From assembly GCA_963803975.1 (NCBI GenBank), contig CAWDOY010000025.1, forward strand, positions 64,001 through 128,000: a stretch of DNA of 64,000 nucleotides, read 5' to 3'. Below, one piece after another: positions 1-10,617 of the stretch (positions within the stretch are counted from its first letter, which is position 1; the number at the start of each line of letters is the position of its first letter). The position numbers and the translations under genes were made by a program. The notes under the pieces were generated by a model. The model saw only the letters and a program-made list of their open reading frames with translations. It searched no databases and was not told where the DNA came from. This DNA comes from an uncultured delta proteobacterium (GTDB taxonomy: Bacteria > Desulfobacterota > WTBG01 > CAIYCZ01).

Positions 1-1
1 C

Positions 2-157
2 CAGACTAAGTATCTGAAACTGATTCTTGGTTTTATCGGGTTCACTGATATCCGCCTGCTGACCATCGGGCCCACCCTTAACCAGGGGCCTGACGTCGCA
101 AAAGAGAAGCGGGCCCAAGCCATTGCCAAAGCACAGGAAATGGCACAATCATTTTAA
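2..157 (+). CDS. azoR: FMN-dependent NADH-azoreductase, 3' end (partial at window edge)
   Basis: Manual translation QTKYLKLILGFIGFTDIRLLTIGPTLNQGPDVAKEKRAQAIAKAQEMAQSF*, resembling the AzoR/flavodoxin-like C-terminus (YL..ILGFIG.TD). Confidence 0.7.
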   Translation, partial: QTKYLKLILGFIGFTDIRLLTIGPTLNQGPDVAKEKRAQAIAKAQEMAQSF

Positions 158-418
158 ACACCGCAGCTTGAAAAGGCACATCCGCAGTATGTCAGCTTAT
201 TTGATACTTGATATTGAGGTTGCAGTCGCCGCAGTCCCTGGAAATCGCCTCGCTCAGAGAGCAGTCTGCCGTATCCCGGGCAATAATAGTTGAGGGTTAC
301 GGGCAGCAATGATATAATAATATGTTTATGACTGACAGCACACCTTCTTTTTGCAGAATAAACCATGTAGGAGGAGAGTGTTCTGTTTATCGCGAACTTG
401 CAGACAGGGAGGGACAAA

Positions 419-1896
419 ATGGTTTCTTACAGGGTTACTAATAACTTCTACCGGAGCATTTTATGTCTTCGTTTTTTTCTGTTTACTGCTGCAACTGGTG
501 CTGCAGCAGGCGCACGCACAATCCATCAATCCCCGGAACTGGTCGCCCACGTGGATAAGCCCGGCCTGGCAGCGGCCGGATAACATGACCACGGATGGAG
601 ATATCAGCGTGCCGGGTGACGTGAGCCTTGCCCAGTATATTGACCCGGCAACCTGCAAAGGCTGCCACCCTGACATCTTCGCGCAATGGAATGGCGGCAT
701 GCACTCATCGGCTTTGCAGGACCCGGTGTTCCAGGCTGCAACCAAGCTGTTTCTGGACGCCGCAAATAAAACCGGTAATCAGGGCTACATTGAGGAGGCA
801 AAAAGCTGCACGCGGTGTCACACTCCCGGCGGGGCATCTTTCAAAAACGGTTGAAACCACGGCAGACGATTACAGCAGATTGCCTGCAGAGGATGGCCGG
901 TCAGGTATTTTCTGCGATTTCTGCCACAGCGTAAAATCATCTGCAGGCATCGGCAATGCTCCGTTTAAAGTCTGAACCGGGGGAAAGCGCCACCAGCCCG
1001 GGAACGAAATGGGGGCCGCGTAGCGACTCACCGGATACCGGTTACCATAAGACCGCTGTTTCCCAGCTCCACAGCCGCTCTGAGATGTGCGGCATGTGCC
1101 ATGATGTTTCCCACACGCTCAACGGCATGCCCATAGAGCGGACCTACACTGAATGGAGGGAAAGCCCCTATAATACCGGCGATCCTCATACAACGGTGCA
1201 CTGTCAGGATTGCCATATGCGGCAGAAACCCGGCGTGCCGGCAACCGGTTCAACGGACGGCCGGACAACCCCGGCAAATCCTGTGTTTTCGGCCCCCAGC
1301 GCAGCCACATATTTACCCACTACATCGTCGGCGCGAACGCAGTGCTGCCGTCAAATGAAACCACCAGACAGCTTGCCGTTGAGCGTCTGCAAAACTGCGC
1401 TGAACTTGAGATAATCGTGCCACAGCGTATTCAGCTGCTAAAAGAAAACCATTTCCAGGTGGTGGTGAAAAATGTCGGCGCCGGGCACTATCTGCCAACC
1501 GGGCTGAGCGAAGTTCGGGAGATGTGGCTGCATGTGAAAGTTACCAGCGCCCTGGGCGCAACGCTGTTTGAATCAGGTGCCGTTGCTGCCGACGGCACGG
1601 TTGACACAAATGCCCGGATGTTTAATATTGTACTGGCGGACAAGGACGGAAATCATACCATCAATGTTGCGCTTGCAGACCATATCGTTTCCGACACCCG
1701 CATACCGCCTAAGGGCAGGGCCGCTGAGACATACACTATCCGCGGATCATTACCGGCCCTTGCCGGGGCCACCATTACGGCGACACTCCGGTATCGCAGC
1801 GCGCCGCAGGCGACTATAAACGAGCTTCTTGGCAAGTCAGCACCAATTCTGCCGATTATTGATATGGCCTCCGCGACAAATAAAATAGCGGGCTGA
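419..1896 (+). CDS. Exported multiheme c-type cytochrome (5 CxxCH; c554/c552-like) with C-terminal beta-rich domain; split by several indels
   Basis: CKGCH, CTRCH, CDFCH, CGMCH and CQDCH motifs across ORFs 351-854, 628-975 and 956-1414; GAGHYLPTG..REMWL motif in 1210-1896; signal-peptide-like AHA-Q; GGAGG before ATG 419. Confidence 0.8.
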
Positions 1897-1945
1897 TACG
1901 TTTATAACGTTTTGCTGGTCCATTAAAAATGCCTGGGAGGACGGA

Positions 1946-2299
1946 ATGAAGAAACCTGTAGTGCTGGCTGCCGTGGTATGTTTCTTTCTTGTCTGCAGCG
2001 ATCCGTCACAGGCAAAAGAGAAAAAGAAGGAAAAAGAGCAGCAGGATAAACCCGCTGCCGCAAAGATCATTGATGTAGCACAATGCACCTGTACCGATGT
2101 GCTTAAAGAAAAAGACAAGAGGGTCATTGCAGTCGGTGCAATCTGGGTTGACGGATACCTGAGCGGGAAAACCGGCGAAACCAGGATTGATTTGAACGAC
2201 CTCGATTCGCTCGCAGACCGGGTCAAAGCATATTGCGAAAAGAACCCGACCGCACCGATTCTTGATGCGGTAAAAATTTCATCGGAGCAAAAGTACTAA
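1946..2299 (+). CDS. HdeA/HdeB-family periplasmic chaperone-like protein
   Basis: Signal peptide, ID...TC.D motif, W.DGY and YC..NP..P+LDA pattern. Confidence 0.7.
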   Translation: MKKPVVLAAVVCFFLVCSDPSQAKEKKKEKEQQDKPAAAKIIDVAQCTCTDVLKEKDKRVIAVGAIWVDGYLSGKTGETRIDLNDLDSLADRVKAYCEKNPTAPILDAVKISSEQKY

Positions 2300-2330
2300 A
2301 ATCAGTGATGCATACCGGACTGATTGCTTC

Positions 2331-2368
2331 AGGGACGGCGGCCGCTGCGTTGACGCCGTCCCTTTCTA
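2331..2368 (+). terminator. Intrinsic terminator-like hairpin
   Basis: AGGGACGGCG...CGCCGTCCCT perfect 10-bp stem followed by TTCT, just after stop 2299. Confidence 0.6.
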
Positions 2369-2425
2369 ACTATCTATATATCTATACCGCGCTTTCCTCC
2401 CACACCAAAAGAGCAGGAGAGGTTA

Positions 2426-3096
2426 GTGGATCTCGGGAAAAGCAGTCCGGCTATTGATACTGCGTATTTCCCCAATACAAGCAACGGATTGTATTGGACA
2501 GGAACCACCTGCAGCGGATGCCACAAGCACAAAGCCTTTGCCATGGATTTTAACTGATGGCAGAGTATATTTTGGCAAAAAACAGGTTAATTATAAGGAT
2601 ACGGTGAATCCGCCGATTTATGAGTACTGGTATGTGCGTGCGGTAAGAAACGCTACCGACCCTGATAATGATGGAATCTTTGATCCGGCTGATAACTGTC
2701 CTACTGTATACAACCCTGACCAGAAAGATAGGGATAGCGATGGAATTGGTGATGCCTGTGACGAAACACCGACGCTCATCAATCTCTCTTCCTTTACTGC
2801 CTTCGCCGAAGGCAGGAAAGATTATCCTTGCCTGGACAACCGAGTCAGAGATTAGCAATGCCGGCTTCAACCTGTACCGGTCACACACCAGGGATGGCGG
2901 ATATATCAAAATTAACGACACCCTTATTCCAGCCGCCGGCTCGCCGCTGCAGGGCGCCGCGTATGAATTTGTCGATAACAGCATAACGGCCTGGAAACCG
3001 TATTTTTACAAACTGGAAGATATTGACATGAATGGCACGGCAACAGTGCACGGCCCGGTCTTTGTGTGGCCGCGCATGATGCTCGGTTTCAGATAA
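2426..3096 (+). CDS. 5'-truncated DUF1566/Lcl-type domain + thrombospondin type-3 repeat + C-terminal beta-sandwich domain; two indels
   Basis: [23 protein letters not shown]...YVRAVR (DUF1566-like second half); [30 protein letters not shown] (TSP3); [33 protein letters not shown] tail. Confidence 0.6.
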
Positions 3097-3128
3097 CAGC
3101 TTGACGACACGCGCCATTGCATAAACAT

Positions 3129-3170
3129 AAAAGCCGGCTCGATGCAATCCGCCGGGCCGGCTTTTTATTT
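3129..3170. terminator. Bidirectional terminator-like hairpin between convergent genes
   Basis: AAAAGCCGGC...GCCGGCTTTT stem with A and T tails. Confidence 0.7.
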
Positions 3171-4135
3171 TCAGCGCATCCTGAATTGCAGCGCATCTGC
3201 AGGACATGCTGCAATGCACGCACCGCAGGCATAGCAGTCCGGGCGGAGGCGTTTGCCTGCAAGAATTGCTTCCATTGCTGAGCACGGCGATTTGCTGACA
3301 CACACCCTGCAGTTGTTACACGTTTCTTTGCGCAGACGGATTCTTGCTATCGAGATGTGCTCCAGGAACCACGTTAACGCTCCTATGGGGCAGATGATGT
3401 GACAAAAAGGGCGGTACAGGAAGAGAGATACAACCACGACTATCATTATTACTGCCCAGGCATACAGCGTCCAGAAATCCGTCCCCACGGGCCAGTGCAG
3501 TATCTCGAAGGGATTGAAATAGCCATAGATATACATACCGTAAGCCCAGCAGTAGTGGCACAAACAGAACAAGCAGCCCGATGCGCACGCTGTTGGCGGC
3601 GGCAAAAGGGATCCGGAGTTTTTTGAGCCGCGGGAAGCAGAGATACACTATTTCCTGGAGCGCACCGATCGGGCATACCCAGCCGCAGAACAGCTTGTTC
3701 CCCGCGATGCTTAACAGCGCTATCATGGCAAGCACCCCGGCAAAGACCGGGGGAAATATGAGCCGTCCCTCCTGCAGGCTGAACAGGATGGGTTTGGCGA
3801 ATGCGCACAGCGGGCTTGGATGGGGCGAGAGCCCGGCAAAAAACTCCACGCCATGAAACACCGGCAGCACCGCAAACAGGATGAACACTGCTGTCAGCAG
3901 AATTATTCTTGCCGTGCTTTTTACTCTTACCATCCATGAGCAACAAGCCGCCGCCGATACCCGCCAGCACGCTGAGCCAGATCCTCGGGAACAGCAGATA
4001 CTCGGTAAAGCTGATCATGCGCCTGCCGCCGCCACCATCTTCTGCCCCGACATCCAGGCAGGCTATCAGCAGGAGGATGACGGCACAAAGCAATTGCTGA
4101 ACAGTTTTATCGACACGACGATGCCGGCTTTTCAT
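3171..4135 (-). CDS. Membrane 4Fe-4S-binding protein (NapH/MauN-like); split by indels
   Basis: FCGWVCPIGALQE, RPFCHIICPIGA, CNNCRVC...C and CYACGACIAACP motifs; several TM segments. Confidence 0.85.
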
Positions 4136-4319
4136 ATACCCTCGTTTTTTCGTTGCCTCACCAGGCTTTCAGTTCTAACGCTTCATTCCTGTGGTATACT
4201 ATACATAGCACTTTTACTTGACAGCGACAAACAAGTGTTGTTGCATGTATCCGTTGCGACTCCCGGTATTCCCGCTCGCCGGGAAGAACTCCAGCACCAC
4301 ACATAAACAGGTTACCGGC

Positions 4320-5057
4320 ATGAAAAACAAGAAAACAAACACCTGGCTGTCACAGGACAGCACAGATTTAATTGACTACTATCTGAGCTCTGCTGACATC
4401 ATAGTCATCGAGAGAAAAAGGTTCATAAAGCTGCTGACTGACATCATCGGCTATCATTTCACCGGCAATCAAAAGCTTGCGGTCATGGATGCGGGATGCG
4501 GGGACGGCTCCGTTGCCGCGCATGTTATGGAAAAATATCCCGGGCATAGCTTTGTCCTGATGGACGGATCTCTGGAAATGCTCACGCGGGCGCGGGAAAA
4601 ACTGCGCGGCGCAGAAAACGTTTCTTTTCTCTGCCGGAGCTTTGAAGACTTTTGCGATGACAGCGGGGACGGCGCTGCGTATGACGTTATATTTTCGTCA
4701 AATGCCATACATCACCTGGACTTCACCGGCAAGTCCCGGCTTTACAATAAATTTTACAGCGTTCTGAACAGCGGCGGGCTGTTCATCAATTATGACGTGG
4801 TGCAGCCGTCATCCGAAAGAAGCGAGCAGTGGCAGTTCAATATGTGGCGCGACTGGATGAACGAACAGCTTGCCGCCAAAGATCGCGCTGCAGAGCTCGG
4901 CAAACATGACGGGCTGCCTGACCTGTATAAATCAAAAAAGGATAATCATCCGGATTCTCTCTTTGATCAGTTGCAGGTTCTTGAGAAGACCGGGTTCAGG
5001 GATGTTGACTGCTTCTTTAAATACGGCATTTTTGCCCTGTTCGGGGGCACTAAATAA
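4320..5057 (+). CDS. Class I SAM-dependent methyltransferase (CmoA-like)
   Basis: MDAGCGDG motif I, YDVIFSSNAIHHL, L.SGGLFINYD. Confidence 0.85.
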   Translation: MKNKKTNTWLSQDSTDLIDYYLSSADIIVIERKRFIKLLTDIIGYHFTGNQKLAVMDAGCGDGSVAAHVMEKYPGHSFVLMDGSLEMLTRAREKLRGAENVSFLCRSFEDFCDDSGDGAAYDVIFSSNAIHHLDFTGKSRLYNKFYSVLNSGGLFINYDVVQPSSERSEQWQFNMWRDWMNEQLAAKDRAAELGKHDGLPDLYKSKKDNHPDSLFDQLQVLEKTGFRDVDCFFKYGIFALFGGTK

Positions 5058-5123
5058 TTCACTGCATCTATCAAGCGGGATAACGACCCAACGCCTGCAA
5101 GGCAGAAGAAACGCCACTATCTG

Positions 5124-5841
5124 CTATTCGATGTCCTCACCGGTGATCCGCTGGAGGGTCTTTTTTGCTGCCTCCTGCTCGGCAGCTTTCTTGTTCCTGC
5201 CCAGGCCGGTCTCATACCGGGTGCTGTTTATGGTAACGTGAACTTCAAACAGCTTGTCATGATCAGGCCCTTCTGTCCTGACAACCTCATACGCAGGGAC
5301 TCCACCCAGTGTTGACTGGCTGTATTCCTGGAGCCGCGACTTATAGTCCTTCAACACACCCTTTTCATGTGCTTCGACAATCAGCTGTTGAAAATGTTTC
5401 TCAATCAGCACAAACGCTTTGTGGTAACCCGCCATCATAATAAACAGCGGCCACAATTGCTTCATAGACATTGGCCAGAATTGATTTCTTTGTTCTTCCC
5501 TGGCTTGCCTCCTCACCGCGTCCCAGCAGCACATAGCTGCCCAGGTCAAACCGGCCGGCAATTGATGCAATGCCCTCTTTATTAACAATAGCCGCCCTGA
5601 GCCGGGAAAGCCCGCCCTCTGAATAGTCCGGGAAACGGTCCATGAGTATGTGCGTAATGACCAGCTCCAGCACGGCATCTCCTAAAAACTCCAGCCGTTC
5701 ATTGCCCATGCTGTCTTCCCCGTCTATTTCATTGGCATAGGACTTATGGGTAAGAGCCTGTTTGAGAAGCGAGCTATTTTGAAAAACATACTCAATCTTT
5801 TCCTGAAGCTCACCAATAGTACTATCGCTGTCGGTTGTCAT
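5124..5841 (-). CDS. rnc: Ribonuclease III (indel near 5420)
   Basis: ALTHKS, NERLEFLGDAVL signature, DYKSRLQE..Q and dsRBD GLGRNKKAAEQEAA. Confidence 0.97.
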
Positions 5842-5860
5842 GTGGTTTCTCCCTGCACCG

Positions 5861-6598
5861 CTACCATATTGCCAGAGCGCTGAAAAACGCAGCCTGCGCT
5901 TCCACCGGCACACTCAGGCCGGCTTTCTGAAACAGCAGGTGCTCAGCACGGGCATTATGAAAGATGATATGCTGCTGCATCGGTATATAATCGAATGGTT
6001 CCTGAGACCGGGTGCTTTTTACCATGTGCTGATACGCATCCCCTGCACAGTCGCGTACGGTCCGTATCATATCGGGCCTGAATTCATCTCGTTCTGCAAG
6101 CCAGATATGCCCCCAGAATGCCGGCATGGCATCTATCCTGAGATCCCGGCAGGCAAGACAGTCCCGGTCAGCAGCCAGCTTCAGCTGCCGGAACAGCAGT
6201 TCCCGCTGCTCATCCGTTCCCTGCGGAAGGTGCACGGCAAGCCGTGTTTTGAGGTTGTCTCTCCGTCCGGTTTGGAGACTGACATTGGTTATTGCTGCAT
6301 CCAAAAACATAACCGGGTAGCCTCTTTTCACCAGGCTCAGCGTTCCTGCCAGACGGATGAAAGAACCGGTGGCTCTCCGTTCCGTATTTTTGTATACTTC
6401 AACCAGTCTCAGGCCCTGGTCTGGAGTGGCATACTTTGAGATTATATTGGTGGAAAATGTTTCATCAAGTTCACTCTGAATAATAAAATCACCATATTTC
6501 TTGAGCCCGGGGATATCGGGAAGAGGGATCAGAAAACTTCTGTCAAGCTGTGACGTCGATGGTGACATAAAACCATCCATAAAATCATTTTTTATCAT
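5861..6598 (-). CDS. Hypothetical protein
   Basis: ~245-aa open frame with GGAGG RBS, co-oriented just upstream of rnc; family not recognised. Confidence 0.6.
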   Translation of the reverse strand: MIKNDFMDGFMSPSTSQLDRSFLIPLPDIPGLKKYGDFIIQSELDETFSTNIISKYATPDQGLRLVEVYKNTERRATGSFIRLAGTLSLVKRGYPVMFLDAAITNVSLQTGRRDNLKTRLAVHLPQGTDEQRELLFRQLKLAADRDCLACRDLRIDAMPAFWGHIWLAERDEFRPDMIRTVRDCAGDAYQHMVKSTRSQEPFDYIPMQQHIIFHNARAEHLLFQKAGLSVPVEAQAAFFSALAIW

Positions 6599-6794
6599 GC
6601 ACTCCTCCAAACTTTTTAAATAAGGTTAAATTATATCATGCAAATAATTCTTTAAATAGAAACTTTTTAGTGATATATCTTCTTTTATATAGTACAGCGT
6701 GCGGCATGTAACGGCAGACTTCCAAACTTGGGCGGCGCCTGCACGGTTCAATACAATCACAGAATATAATCTATCAGCTTAAGGGGCACACAGT

Positions 6795-7838
6795 ATGGCA
6801 GCAATGGATATATCTGAACTGCTTTTATTTTCAATCAACCAGGGGGCATCTGACCTGCATCTCAGCGCTGGCGAGCCGCCGATACTGCGCATTCATGGAG
6901 ATATGCGAAAGCTGGAGATGGACTTTCTCACCCAGGACCAGGTCCATAAAATGATCTATGATATTCTCAATGACACCCAGCGCAAGATGCTGGAAGAGCA
7001 TAAGGAACTTGATTTCTCCATAGCCCTCGGAGACTACGGCCGCTTCCGCGTTAATGTTTTCTACCAGAACAGGGGGGAGGCTGCAGTTTTAAGAACAATT
7101 CCCAGCAAGATAATGACCCTGGAGCAGCTGGGACTGCCGCCGGTTGTCCGCCAAATTTGCCGGTATGAACGGGGCCTGGTCCTGGTCACCGGGCCTACCG
7201 GCAGCGGGAAATCAACCACCCTGGCCGCGATGATTGACCTCCTCAATAATGAATATAAAGGCCATATTATTACCATCGAGGATCCTATCGAATTTGTGCA
7301 TGCTTCAAAAAGCTGCCTGATCAGCCAGAGAGAGCTTGGTGCCCACACCAACAGCTTTGCCAATGCCCTGCGCAGTGCTCTCCGGGAAGACCCGGATGTC
7401 ATTCTGGTGGGGGAAATGCGCGATCTTGAAACCATCGCTCTGGCCCTCACCGCTGCTGAGACCGGGCACCTGGTCTTTGCAACCCTGCACACCAATAATG
7501 CGCCCAAAACCATCGACCGTATTATTGATGTGTTCCCGGCAGGACAGCAGGCGCAGATACGCACGCAGTTTTCCGAGACCCTCATGGCCGTCCTCTCGCA
7601 AACCCTGTTTAAGCGCAGGGATGGCACTGGCCGTGTTGCCGCGCTCGAGGTTATGATTGGCACATCTGCCGTCAGGAATCTTATCCGGGAGAACAAAATA
7701 TCGCAGATTCCATCGGCAATGCAGACCGGACAGAAATTCGGCATGCAGACTATGGAGGCCGCTATTAAGGAACTTATCAGCCGTCACCTTATTAATGCAG
7801 AGGACGCTGAAGGCTTTCTCAACACCTCCGGTGTATAG
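6795..7838 (+). CDS. pilT: Type IV pilus retraction ATPase PilT
   Basis: ASDLHLSAG, GPTGSGKST, TIEDPIE, LREDPDVILVGEMRD, TGHLVFATLH, AVRNLIRE. Confidence 0.97.
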   Translation: MAAMDISELLLFSINQGASDLHLSAGEPPILRIHGDMRKLEMDFLTQDQVHKMIYDILNDTQRKMLEEHKELDFSIALGDYGRFRVNVFYQNRGEAAVLRTIPSKIMTLEQLGLPPVVRQICRYERGLVLVTGPTGSGKSTTLAAMIDLLNNEYKGHIITIEDPIEFVHASKSCLISQRELGAHTNSFANALRSALREDPDVILVGEMRDLETIALALTAAETGHLVFATLHTNNAPKTIDRIIDVFPAGQQAQIRTQFSETLMAVLSQTLFKRRDGTGRVAALEVMIGTSAVRNLIRENKISQIPSAMQTGQKFGMQTMEAAIKELISRHLINAEDAEGFLNTSGV

Positions 7839-7904
7839 GCGCCTGCAGTGAGGCGCTGCCTTTCATAAAGTAAACCCGTTAACCATACGCAGGGAGACAG
7901 TCAT

Positions 7905-9032
7905 ATGATCGTAAGGGACCTCTTAGCTACCATGATGCAGATAAAGGCCTCAGATTTATACCTGACTGCAGACAGCCCCCCCATGTTCAGGGTCGAGGGC
8001 ATCACCCGGCCTGCCAGTGACGCTATGCTGAGTGCTCAGAATGTTGAGGAGATCGCCAATTCAATCATGAGTGAAAAGCAGAAAGCCGCCTTTGCCGAAC
8101 AGCTGGAAATGAACCTTGCCCTTTACTACCCTGATATAGGGCGCTTCCGCGTCAACATTTATCAGCAGCGGAACTGCGTCGGTATTGTTATCCGCGAGAT
8201 CCGTATGGACATACCAAGCATTGATGACTGGAAGCTGCCGCCGATACTGAAAGACATCAGCATGACCAAGCGCGGGCTGGTAATAGTGGTTGGCGGGACC
8301 GGGACCGGTAAATCTACCTCCCTTGCCGCCATGATAGAGTACCGGAATACACATGCTCCAGGGCACATTATCACCATCGAGGACCCTATTGAGTTCATTC
8401 ATCCCCACAAAAAATCAATTGTCTCGCAGCGGGAAATCGGCATGGATACGCATGGCTATGCTGCGGCACTGAAGAATACCATGCGCCAGGCTCCCGATGT
8501 GATCCTCATCGGTGAGATTCGTGACAGCGAGACCATGGAGGCGGCAATTGTATTTTCCGAAACAGGGCACCTGTGTCTCACTACCCTGCACGCAAATAAT
8601 GCCAACCAGGCAATTGAACGAATAATGAATTTCTTTCCCCCGGAGCGGCATGACCAGATCTATTTCCAGCTCTCCCTCAATCTGAGAGCAATCATATCCC
8701 AGCGGCTCATTCCCTCTGTTGATGGCAAACGGGTAGCGGCTATTGAAATTTTACTCGACAGCCCCCGGGCCAAGGATCTCATCATGAAAAAACGGATTGA
8801 TACCCTTAAAGAAGTTATGGCTCAGGGGACCCGTGAAGGCATGCAAACATTCGATCAGGCTATTTTCGACCTGTACAAGACCGGGCGGATAATATACGAG
8901 AATGCTATCGTTTATGCTGACAGTGTCAACGACCTGCGCCTGCGCATTAAATTGGAAGGACTGGCTGATGGAACTGTTTCTTCCGAATCTGCTGATGCGC
9001 TGCGTCTTAAGCCTGATTTCAAGGGGTTGTGA
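7905..9032 (+). CDS. pilU: Type IV pilus ATPase PilU
   Basis: Follows pilT; GGTGTGKSTSLAAM, RQAPDVILIGEIRD, LHANNANQA, GMQTFDQA, ADS.NDLRL. Confidence 0.93.
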   Translation: MIVRDLLATMMQIKASDLYLTADSPPMFRVEGITRPASDAMLSAQNVEEIANSIMSEKQKAAFAEQLEMNLALYYPDIGRFRVNIYQQRNCVGIVIREIRMDIPSIDDWKLPPILKDISMTKRGLVIVVGGTGTGKSTSLAAMIEYRNTHAPGHIITIEDPIEFIHPHKKSIVSQREIGMDTHGYAAALKNTMRQAPDVILIGEIRDSETMEAAIVFSETGHLCLTTLHANNANQAIERIMNFFPPERHDQIYFQLSLNLRAIISQRLIPSVDGKRVAAIEILLDSPRAKDLIMKKRIDTLKEVMAQGTREGMQTFDQAIFDLYKTGRIIYENAIVYADSVNDLRLRIKLEGLADGTVSSESADALRLKPDFKGL

Positions 9033-9102
9033 TAACCTGCCCTCTTTTCCCTTCTCTCCGGCGGAAACCATCTGCTAAAGCTTTTGATATTGAGCGCGCT
9101 AG

Positions 9103-9254
9103 CAGGTTGCTGAAAAAGTAGTTTTCTCCCAGGCTGGTCAAAAACATCCGGATGCAAGGCGCGCGAAAGCGTGAGGAATGAGGCGTACGTTACAGTACGT
9201 CGCAATGACCAAGGATGAGCGCAACAAAGCAGATGGGTGTTTTTCAACAGCCTG
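9103..9254. repeat. ~150 bp MITE-like element with terminal inverted repeats, copy 1
   Basis: CAGGTTGCTGAAAAA...TTTTTCAACAGCCTG ends; internal GGCTGGTCAAAAA, TGCAAGGC, TGAGGCGTAC and CAGATGGG blocks shared with 42348-42498. Confidence 0.75.
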
Positions 9255-9268
9255 ATAGTAGCTTGCCT

Positions 9269-10606
9269 ATGGCTGCATGTAATCTCTTCCTTGGAATACT
9301 GTCGTTTCTGTTCGCCGTGGTGATGCTGATACTCGATGTAGAACCATTCTCCAGCTGGTTCTACTGCTTTGCCTGGTGGTCATATATACTGGTCATTGAC
9401 AGCATTGTGTTTAAACGGACCGGCTCGTCGCTGCTGCTGCGCAGAACCGGTGAATTTCTTTTTTTGCTGCCGCTATCTGTCGTTATCTGGACGGTATTTG
9501 AAGCCTTCAACCTGCTGCTTAAAAACTGGTACTATGTCAATGTTATTGAAATAACTGCTCTGCGCTGGGCCGGCTACAGCATCTCTTTTGCCACCGTGCT
9601 TCCCGGTATATTCGAGACCGCCGAGTTTCTGGAAAGCACCCGGTGGCTGAAAGCCTGGAAGGTAAAGCCCGTGAGCTTTTCCGCGGCTGTCCGCACTATT
9701 ATCATGCTCGCCGGGGCTGCAAGTCTTGCGCTGTGCATCATCTTTCCGCGCACCTGCTTTCCCCTGGTCTGGTGCGGCTTTTTTCTTTTGTTTGAGCCAA
9801 TTAATTACCGCTGTGGGGCTCCATCACTGTTCAAAGACTGGGAACAGGGCAGCTTGAGAAAACCAATGCTCCTTATGGCCGCAGGCCTGGTCTGCGGCAT
9901 GCTTTGGGAGTTCTGGAACTACTGGGCAGCCACCAAATGGATATATACCGTACCTTTTTTTGATCGCTTTAAAATCTTTGAAATGACTGCTCCGGGCTTT
10001 CTCGGATTTATACCGTTTGCCCTTGAATGCTATGCCATGACCAGCTTTGTGTATCTTTGCCGGAGCAGGCGCGGCTGGGAACATGCTGCCTGCAGCCAAT
10101 ACCGGGAGAGAAGAATACGCCCGCTGGCAGCAGCAGGTATGTCCGTATCCGTCTTTTTGTGGTGCCTGGCAGTATTTAGCGCAATGGATAAAACTACCGT
10201 TGATTCCTATCGGTCCTTTATCCGGGATCTGCCGGCAATAGGGACAGAGAATAAACAGCAGCTTGAGGCCTGCGGCATTATACTGGTCAAGGACCTTCTG
10301 CGGCTGAAGTCCTCCCGGGAAGGGCAGGAAAAGATGGTGCGCTGCGTGTCTGCTGCTCCGAAAGATTTGTCTGCATGGATAGATACCGCAGACATGGTCA
10401 TGCTCAAGGGCATGGGAATTGTTAATTTCCAGCTCCTGTCTAAGGCCGGCATCGCAGATATCCGGGCGCTTGCGTCACAGGAGGCCCCTGCGCTTCACCG
10501 GGAACTTGAAAAGGCGGCAGCACCAGGCCCGGGCCCGGCGCGTATTCCTGATGAGGCGAAACTACGGATCTGGATTGCCGCAGCACAAAATTCAGTTGCT
10601 TTATAA
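9269..10606 (+). CDS. Polytopic membrane protein with C-terminal DUF4332-like (helix-hairpin-helix) domain
   Basis: Multiple TM helices, LWEFWNYWA..KW.Y..P and FEM..PG+LGF.PFALE motifs; ADMV.LKG+G....LL.KAGI tail. Confidence 0.75.
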   Translation: MAACNLFLGILSFLFAVVMLILDVEPFSSWFYCFAWWSYILVIDSIVFKRTGSSLLLRRTGEFLFLLPLSVVIWTVFEAFNLLLKNWYYVNVIEITALRWAGYSISFATVLPGIFETAEFLESTRWLKAWKVKPVSFSAAVRTIIMLAGAASLALCIIFPRTCFPLVWCGFFLLFEPINYRCGAPSLFKDWEQGSLRKPMLLMAAGLVCGMLWEFWNYWAATKWIYTVPFFDRFKIFEMTAPGFLGFIPFALECYAMTSFVYLCRSRRGWEHAACSQYRERRIRPLAAAGMSVSVFLWCLAVFSAMDKTTVDSYRSFIRDLPAIGTENKQQLEACGIILVKDLLRLKSSREGQEKMVRCVSAAPKDLSAWIDTADMVMLKGMGIVNFQLLSKAGIADIRALASQEAPALHRELEKAAAPGPGPARIPDEAKLRIWIAAAQNSVAL

Positions 10607-10617
10607 AAGGTCTTTGC

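Noticed and set aside
2426..3096. DUF1566 gene as a diversity-generating retroelement target
   Set aside because: No reverse transcriptase or template repeat seen. The window's duplications do not show adenine-specific differences by eye.
9215..9268. Extended N-terminus of the DUF4332 protein
   Set aside because: The extension lies mostly within the MITE-like element. ATG 9269 is more plausible.
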